Source: Minisyncoccota bacterium (GTDB lineage Bacteria > Patescibacteriota > Minisyncoccia > Phycocordibacterales > PALSA-1337). Taken from it: a stretch of DNA of 64,000 nt. The notes under the pieces are model-generated. The model was given only the letters and a program-made list of their open reading frames with translations, was not told the DNA's origin and did not search any database. Location: the NCBI GenBank assembly GCA_041671485.1, contig JBAZBL010000002.1, positions 9,320 through 73,319 of the forward strand, read 5' to 3'. Each line of letters opens with the position of its first letter. Position 1 is the first letter of the stretch. Position numbers and translations under genes: made by a program. Below, one piece after another: positions 58,114 through 64,000 of this stretch.

Positions 58114-58938
58114 ATGGCTGAAATAAACAAAAAAATCATAGTTTCAGGCACAAAAATATCAGTTGTCTCAAAAGACGGCCAAGATTACCTGTCTCTCACA
58201 GAAATGCTCAAGGCAAAAGATGGTGATTTTTTTATTGCTGATTGGCTCAGAAATAGGAATACTGTTGAATTTCTGGGAATATGGGAGAGTATAAACAACC
58301 CCGATTTTAATTATGGCGAATTCGCCACAATTAAAAGCCAAGCAGGGCTTAACAGCTTCAAAATCAGCGCTAAAGAATGGGTGCAAAAGACTAGGGCGAT
58401 AGGTCTCAAGGCTACTGCTGGTAGGTATGGAGGCACATTTGCACATAAAGACATCGCTTTTGAATTTGGCATGTGGATCAGTCCTCAATTTAAACTTTAC
58501 TTAATCAAAGAGTTCCAAAGGTTAAAAGATGAAGAAAAGATAAGAATAGAAACGGGCTGGGATGTAAAAAGATTACTAGCAAAAGTTAATTATCGTATTC
58601 ATACAGATGCTATCAAGGCACATCTGATACCTCCCAAGATAAGCCATATTTCCTCAACTATTTTATATGCCAATGAAGCGGATATTTTAAATGTCGCTCT
58701 ATTCGGTTTAAGCGCAAAAGAGTGGCGAGATAAAAATAAAGATAAACAAGGAAATGTGAGAGATTATGCAACTGTTGAGCAACTTGTAGTGCTTGTAAAT
58801 CTAGAATCACTCAATGCACAATACATTATTGAGGGAGTTTCTCAACCCTTGAGACTCGCCAAACTCAATGAAATAGCGATATCACAAATGAGATCTTTGA
58901 TAAATAATCCATCAATTAAGAAATTAGAAATAAAATAA
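58114..58938 (+). CDS. KilA-N domain DNA-binding protein
   Basis: DYLSLTEM, WLRNRNTVEFLGIWE, GRYGGTFAHKDIAFEF. Confidence 0.9.
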   Translation: MAEINKKIIVSGTKISVVSKDGQDYLSLTEMLKAKDGDFFIADWLRNRNTVEFLGIWESINNPDFNYGEFATIKSQAGLNSFKISAKEWVQKTRAIGLKATAGRYGGTFAHKDIAFEFGMWISPQFKLYLIKEFQRLKDEEKIRIETGWDVKRLLAKVNYRIHTDAIKAHLIPPKISHISSTILYANEADILNVALFGLSAKEWRDKNKDKQGNVRDYATVEQLVVLVNLESLNAQYIIEGVSQPLRLAKLNEIAISQMRSLINNPSIKKLEIK

Positions 58939-59094
58939 CAAGGTTTGTAGTCCTCCCAAATCCCGCCAAAAAAATGGGAGCCCGCACGCATTCCTCTTCA
59001 GACCACTCCTGTGTGCGGGCGAGCAGAGCACTCTTACAGGGTCAGTACACCTTTTGGATATTTTCATTCGCTTCGCTCTGAAAATCTCAATTGT

Positions 59095-59133
59095 GGTACT
59101 GGTCCTGTAAGGACCGATTCCCGGTAGGGTCAC
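59095..59133 (+). repeat. att-like direct repeat copy 3 (mini-hairpin plus tRNA-Glu 3' end)
   Basis: Identical to 55396-55434. Confidence 0.9.
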
Positions 59134-59160
59134 ATTCAAACTTTATAAGAATTTAGTATT

Positions 59161-59189
59161 TTGCATAACTTTATAAAGTTTGGTAATAT
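59161..59189 (+). promoter_or_regulatory. Promoter with palindromic operator for the HTH-Fic gene
   Basis: TTGCAT-17-TAATAT enclosing perfect AACTTTATAAAGTT (59167-59180); related site at 59139. Confidence 0.7.
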
Positions 59190-59221
59190 GTTTATATTCG
59201 GTATTTAGGCCGTTTACCAAC

Positions 59222-60154
59222 ATGACCACTCGTCAAAAGCTCGAGATTATTCAGAAAATGCTGGGACTAACCCAAACCAAATTAGCCGAACGGGTTGGCG
59301 TGTCTTTTGCTGCATTCAACAGTTGGTGGACTGGCAAGTCGGAACCGAGAGCAAAAGCACTAGCCGTTATAGACGAGCTATTCATGGAGATAACTGGGCA
59401 GAAAGTTATTCCAGCTGATCAACTTACTGCAAAGAAAAAAGCTATTGAGCAAAAATCTAGCGAGCACAAGAATGTGATCCAAGAAATTTTGAATAACCCT
59501 GATATCCGTGACCAATTCATCCTCAAGCTTACATATCATAGCAACAGCATTGAGGGTAGCACCCTTACCGAGCCTGATACTGCTGCTATTCTTTTTGATA
59601 ATGCGGCATTGCCTGACAAGAGTCTGACAGAACAGCTTGAAGCAAAGAATCACCAAACAGCGTTGAATTATCTGTTTGGACATATCCTGAAAGACGAGAA
59701 AATTGATGAAAATCTAATCTTGAAATTACACAGTATTCTCATGAACGGAATCCGTCCAGATGCAGGTGCTTACAGAAATCATGGTGTTCGGATCACCGGA
59801 GTCAATCTGCCAACAGCTAATCATATGAGCATTCGTAAGCTCATTGGAGAAGTCTTTGCTCGGGTATCGGAAGACACAAAGGATATTATCAGCTTGTCTT
59901 CTTCGGTTCATGCCAAATTTGAGCAGATCCACCCATTCTCCGATGGCAATGGACGCATCGGCCGACTGTTCATGAATGCAATGCTACTCAAAGAAAATAT
60001 TGCGCCTGCAATTATTCGTCAGGAACAGAAGCGACTTTATTATATGTATCTCTATAAGGCGCAGACTAAAGACGATATGAGTCAGCTCGAGGACTTTCTA
60101 TGTGAAGCAGTTATAGATGGTTTTATGATCTTGGAGAGAAAGGATAAGAGATAG
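59222..60154 (+). CDS. Fic-family protein with N-terminal XRE HTH
   Basis: HPFSDGNGRIGR, inhibitory SNSIEGS, GLTQTKLAERVGVS. Confidence 0.93.
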   Translation: MTTRQKLEIIQKMLGLTQTKLAERVGVSFAAFNSWWTGKSEPRAKALAVIDELFMEITGQKVIPADQLTAKKKAIEQKSSEHKNVIQEILNNPDIRDQFILKLTYHSNSIEGSTLTEPDTAAILFDNAALPDKSLTEQLEAKNHQTALNYLFGHILKDEKIDENLILKLHSILMNGIRPDAGAYRNHGVRITGVNLPTANHMSIRKLIGEVFARVSEDTKDIISLSSSVHAKFEQIHPFSDGNGRIGRLFMNAMLLKENIAPAIIRQEQKRLYYMYLYKAQTKDDMSQLEDFLCEAVIDGFMILERKDKR

Positions 60155-60216
60155 TTTATTACATTTTTATGAATATATATCTACGATTAAAGAGTCGATA
60201 AGTCAAGCTAGAAATA

Positions 60217-60435
60217 ATAAAAGCCCTGCTGCAACGAAGTGCGCAGCAGGGCTGTCGGAAGACGGGGTAATCTCTGTTCCACGGAGCTAAACATCATCTC
60301 CAAGGTATGGAACTGGACGAGGCGTTTAAACGTCCTCTCATTCTTCGCTGTGAATGGTCAAGGCAATAGGTCGCCCATCTAGGCATTGGTTACGACCTTC
60401 GCGTATGAACGATCCAACGAGTGTACCCACATCTA
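60217..60435 (-). ncRNA. Orphan multi-stem ncRNA (~175 nt plus terminator)
   Basis: Promoter TTTACA-17-TAATAT; 5' GATGTGGGTA..CTC pairs with 3' GAG..TACCCCGTC; four internal hairpins; terminator AGCCCTGCTGC..GCAGCAGGGCT-TTT. Confidence 0.65.
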
Positions 60436-60532
60436 GAGATAATATTAGATATATAAGATTCATTTGTAAAGCTTTACCTGTGTATATCTATCGGCCTCGC
60501 CTCGGACTTTCTTTTCTGATACCATTTAGCTT

Positions 60533-62776
60533 ATGAATAAGAAAATAGATAAAGAAATAAAGGACGACAATGTACACCCTAAATTTTTGAAGCCGTACGA
60601 TCCTCTTGCGACAGAGGATAAGATATACAAAATGTGGGAAGATAGTGGATATTTCAATCCCGACAAATTGCCAGAGAGACACCAGAAGGGTGAACCATTT
60701 TCTATCGTTCTGCCACCACCAAATGTTACTGGAACGCTACATATGGGACATGCTGCTATGCTTGCTATCGAAGACATAATGATACGATACAAAAGAATGA
60801 AAGGTTATAAGACTCTCTGGTTGCCCGGTACAGACCATGCAGCTATTGCCACACAATCCAAAGTAGAGAAAGAGCTTGAGAAAAAAGAGAAAAAGCACAG
60901 GAAAGATCTTGGTCGTGAAGAATTTTTGAAAAGAGTTGATGCCTTCGCAAAGGAGAGTCACGATACTATAGTCAATCAAATACGCAAGATGGGTGCATCT
61001 ATAGATTGGTCTCGAGAAGCTTTTACATTGGATGAAAAGAGAACATTTGCTGTAAATACTGCATTCAAAAAAATGTATGATATGGGTCTCATATATCGTG
61101 GACATAGAATAGTCAATTGGGATCCAAAGGGTCAGACGACTATATCGGATGATGAAATCGAGTACAAAGAAGAAAAAGCCAAGTTTTATTATTTCAAATA
61201 CGGGCCCTTCACTATCGGTACAGCAAGACCAGAGACAAAGTTTGGTGATAAATATGTTGTCATGCATCCGAGTGATAAAAGATATGCAGAGTATAAACAT
61301 GGTCAAAAGATTGACCTTGAATGGATAAATGGCCCGATAACTGCAACTGTCATAAAAGATGAATCTATCGATATGGAATTTGGTACAGGAGTTATGACTA
61401 TCACCCCTTGGCACAGTACTGTCGACTTTGAAATAGCTGAAAGACATGGACTGGACAAAGAACAAATAATTGACTTTCATGGAAGACTTTTACCTATTGC
61501 AGGCGAATTTGCTGGACTCAAGATAGGGGATGCAAGGTCAAAGGTTGTGGAGAAATTGCGTGTAAAAGGTCTCATCGCAAAAGAAGAAGATTATATTCAC
61601 AATATTGCGATTGCTGATCGATCTTCTGGCATGATCGAACCACAAATAATGAATCAATGGTTCGTTGCTGTTAATAAGCAGTTCAAGCTAGAACACTCTA
61701 ACATTTCTGGGATAAATAGTGGACAAGAAACAACTTTGAAAGAGATTATGAAGAAAGGTGTCGAAGGTGGTGCGATAAAGATCATTCCAGAGAGATTCGA
61801 AAAGACATATTTTCACTGGATAGAAAATCTGCATGATTGGTGTATATCGAGACAAATATGGTATGGGCATAGGGTGCCGGTGTGGTATAAGATCAAAGAT
61901 AAAAAATCAAAGATCAAAGATAGGGAAGAAATTTTTGTTGGGGATGAGAGACCAGAGGGGGAAGGGTGGACGCAAGATGAAGATACACTCGACACATGGT
62001 TTTCTTCTGGACTATGGACATTTTCGACTTTGGGCTGGCCAGAAGAGACAGATGATTTGAAAGTTTTTCACCCTACAAGTGTCTTGGAAACTGGCTATGA
62101 CATACTCTTCTTCTGGATCGCAAGGATGATCCTCATGACAGGATGTCTCTTGGGTGAAGTTCCATTCAGGACTGTATATCTACATGGCCTAGTACGAGAC
62201 GGCAAGGGCAGGAAGATGTCCAAGTCACTCGATAATATAATTGATCCATTGGATATGATCGCGAAGTATGGAGGAGATGCAACTCGTCTTTCTCTCATCA
62301 TTGGTACTGGGCCTGGAAATGATATGAAACTTTCTCCAGACAAGGTGAAGGGATATAAGAATTTTTCCAATAAGATATGGAATATAGCGAGGTTTGTAAT
62401 TGCTTCTACAGATGGAATAGAAATAATAAAAGGTTTTAATGATTATACAGAAATAGATGCTGGATATTGTGCAGAGAGAGACAATATGCTTATTGATATA
62501 ACTTATGATATTGAGAATTTCCGATATTATCTCGCTGGTGAGAAACTATATCATTATATCTGGCACAAGTTTGCTGATGTTATACTCGAGAGTAGTAAAA
62601 AAATATTTGAGGAAGGGAATAGTGAAGAGATAATGTCACGCAAACAAATATTATTAGTTTCATTGAATAAAATATTGCGTGCATTGCATCCATTTATGCC
62701 ATATGTAACTGAAGAGATTTGGCAAGAATTGTATAAAGGGAAGTCATTGCTCATGGTCGAAGAGTGGCCAGTTTGA
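60533..62776 (+). CDS. valS: Valine--tRNA ligase (lacks the C-terminal coiled-coil arm)
   Basis: PPPNVTGTLHMGHA, DWCISRQIWYGH, DTLDTWFSS, KMSKS. Confidence 0.97.
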   Translation: MNKKIDKEIKDDNVHPKFLKPYDPLATEDKIYKMWEDSGYFNPDKLPERHQKGEPFSIVLPPPNVTGTLHMGHAAMLAIEDIMIRYKRMKGYKTLWLPGTDHAAIATQSKVEKELEKKEKKHRKDLGREEFLKRVDAFAKESHDTIVNQIRKMGASIDWSREAFTLDEKRTFAVNTAFKKMYDMGLIYRGHRIVNWDPKGQTTISDDEIEYKEEKAKFYYFKYGPFTIGTARPETKFGDKYVVMHPSDKRYAEYKHGQKIDLEWINGPITATVIKDESIDMEFGTGVMTITPWHSTVDFEIAERHGLDKEQIIDFHGRLLPIAGEFAGLKIGDARSKVVEKLRVKGLIAKEEDYIHNIAIADRSSGMIEPQIMNQWFVAVNKQFKLEHSNISGINSGQETTLKEIMKKGVEGGAIKIIPERFEKTYFHWIENLHDWCISRQIWYGHRVPVWYKIKDKKSKIKDREEIFVGDERPEGEGWTQDEDTLDTWFSSGLWTFSTLGWPEETDDLKVFHPTSVLETGYDILFFWIARMILMTGCLLGEVPFRTVYLHGLVRDGKGRKMSKSLDNIIDPLDMIAKYGGDATRLSLIIGTGPGNDMKLSPDKVKGYKNFSNKIWNIARFVIASTDGIEIIKGFNDYTEIDAGYCAERDNMLIDITYDIENFRYYLAGEKLYHYIWHKFADVILESSKKIFEEGNSEEIMSRKQILLVSLNKILRALHPFMPYVTEEIWQELYKGKSLLMVEEWPV

Positions 62777-62889
62777 TTTCGTAACAACGGAAGGTTAGTC
62801 CTCCCGTTGGACAATTGAAAAAGGGCGGTACTGATATCAGCCGCCCTCTTTTTCTCACACGGAAGTCCCTTTGGCTTACGTGTACAGTG

Positions 62890-63117
62890 TTATCCTCGAT
62901 CTTCGGGTGGCAAACACTGTCTGCCACGCTGGACTCGAGACTCTAAACTTTCTGGTTTATTCCTAGTTACAGGTTTTGACCAGAAGTTTGTACTCTTTCC
63001 GCTACTCGTCACGATCTGATCGTTCACTATTTGAACCTTGCCACTAGTGACAAGTCTCAGCAATGTAAACCAACCGTGCGGGCTACACGGAACCGCCCTT
63101 CTTAGGTTTATGGTCAT
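62890..63117 (-). CDS. Small hypothetical protein
   Basis: GGAG SD, upstream TTGACA promoter, downstream hairpin ~62819-62852. Confidence 0.45.
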   Translation of the reverse strand: MTINLRRAVPCSPHGWFTLLRLVTSGKVQIVNDQIVTSSGKSTNFWSKPVTRNKPESLESRVQRGRQCLPPEDRG

Positions 63118-63180
63118 ACTGTTCTCCGTCTCCGTGGCTATTATATCACCTAAATTAGTGATCTGTCAAATACGAAATAT

Positions 63181-63648
63181 TTAGCCTTTCTTTATCGCCT
63201 CTTTCTCTTCATTTGATAGTTCAAATTCGGATGCATGCTTCTTGATCGGCTTTGAGAAGACGCTTATATGGTCACGAGAATACAAACTTGAAATGACTAC
63301 ACCATCGCCACTTTGGTCTAAGAAAGATGTAGCGAAACTCTGATTACCACCACCACCAGTTCCTTTGAATGGATTGAATCGAACTGTTTTGACCGTTTGA
63401 ACACTTTTCTGCAATCTCTTTTCTACGCTAGATAAATATTTTTCAAGTTCATTTTTAAATGTTTTCAATTCATTCAATTCTGAAGAAACGAAATTGAGCG
63501 AATCACCAACATGTTTCGAATCAAATCCTATAAGAAAACGACGCATACGAAATAAAAGCCAAAGGACGATGCCAAGTAATATGAGTGTTGCAACAGTAAG
63601 GATAATAAAACCCAAAAGTAGGGGATCTATATTTGAAAATATATTCAT
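63181..63648 (-). CDS. DUF4446 family protein
   Basis: N-terminal TM; VRFNPFKGTGGGGNQSFATSFLD..GVVISSLYSRD. Confidence 0.85.
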   Translation of the reverse strand: MNIFSNIDPLLLGFIILTVATLILLGIVLWLLFRMRRFLIGFDSKHVGDSLNFVSSELNELKTFKNELEKYLSSVEKRLQKSVQTVKTVRFNPFKGTGGGGNQSFATSFLDQSGDGVVISSLYSRDHISVFSKPIKKHASEFELSNEEKEAIKKG

Positions 63649-63686
63649 ATAAATATTATTGCATATTTGTGCTAATATCTCTAATT

Positions 63687-64000
63687 ATGAAACGTATATA
63701 TCTAGACTATGCATCTCTAACGCCTATGGACAGGCGGGTTTTGCGAGAATATAAGAAGTATTCCAAAGCAAAGTATGCAAATCCTTCTTCTTGGTATAAA
63801 GAAGGTGTTTTGGCCAAGAATGCATTGGTTGAAGCCAGAAAGACTATTGCTAACTTTATCTCTTCACATCCTGATGAGGTCGTATTTACTTCTGGTGGAA
63901 CAGAAGCGAACAATATGGGAATACTTGGAACAGTCGAAGCTTTGCACAGTACAGGAGTAGATTATAAAGATATGCATATTGTGAAAAGTGCAATTGAACA
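63687..64000 (+). CDS. Cysteine desulfurase (IscS/NifS family), 3' end outside the window
   Basis: Manual translation MKRIYLDYASLTPMD...ANPSS...EVVFTSGGTEANN. Confidence 0.9.
   Translation, partial: MKRIYLDYASLTPMDRRVLREYKKYSKAKYANPSSWYKEGVLAKNALVEARKTIANFISSHPDEVVFTSGGTEANNMGILGTVEALHSTGVDYKDMHIVKSAIE

Larger units (their letters stand above)
55616..59031. mobile_element. AT-rich cargo island bounded by ~68-bp imperfect inverted repeats, inside the tRNA-derived direct repeats; no integrase or transposase
   Basis: 55616-55684 is the reverse complement of 58965-59031 with few mismatches; each arm has a GCCCGCACGCA..TGCGTGCGGGC-type hairpin. Confidence 0.65.

Noticed and set aside
60217-60515. 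RNase P RNA or tmRNA (GAAAAGTCCGAGG on the minus strand)
   Set aside because: The GAAAGTCC-like word lies upstream of the predicted promoter, the 3' P4 partner is absent, and there are no tRNA-like tmRNA ends
61889-61921. AAAGATC-type heptamer repeat in valS (KIKDKKSKIKD)
   Set aside because: Short low-complexity insertion of a kind common in these genomes; no sign of a separate function
1-64000. Canonical CRISPR array or cas operon
   Set aside because: No regularly spaced 25-40 bp direct repeats seen and no cas1/2/3/5/6/9/10 motifs; only the lone RAMP-like gene

Overview
A 64 kb chromosomal segment of a small-genome bacterium, most likely Patescibacteria/CPR (Parcubacteria-like). This is inferred from the gene set (VirB2-like pilin cluster, GYAWSSNVGWI surface protein, degenerate HisRS paralog, CPR-type bS21) and from dispersed palindromes; it uses the standard code. 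An AT-rich backbone (thrS, pilB/pilC and minor pilins, ftsA/ftsZ, ybeY, rpsU, lepB, pth, rpsA, gyrA, mraZ-rsmH-ftsL-ftsI-murF, tRNA-Glu, valS) is interleaved with GC-richer accessory units that have their own sigma70 promoters, boxA-like leaders and terminators. The most interesting locus is 5501-7126: a stand-alone Cas7/RAMP-like gene (6458-7072) with no CRISPR array or other cas genes. It is flanked by two tracts of 5-nt-periodic NGY-NN units, and each tract ends in GGA-GC followed by an AGCG...CGCT hairpin. One tract is a self-contained ~58-nt transcript with promoter and terminator. This looks like a VIPR-like, gapped-code RNA-guided system, next to a dual-HTH plus GHKL-ATPase operon and interrupted by a DUF3800 gene with its own small RNA. 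Other items: a covarying hairpin plus pseudoknot leader repeated before both pyr operons, two orphan structured ncRNAs, a tRNA-Glu-anchored cassette region without an integrase, and palindromic elements inserted in-frame in housekeeping genes. All calls are by eye; no database searches were run.
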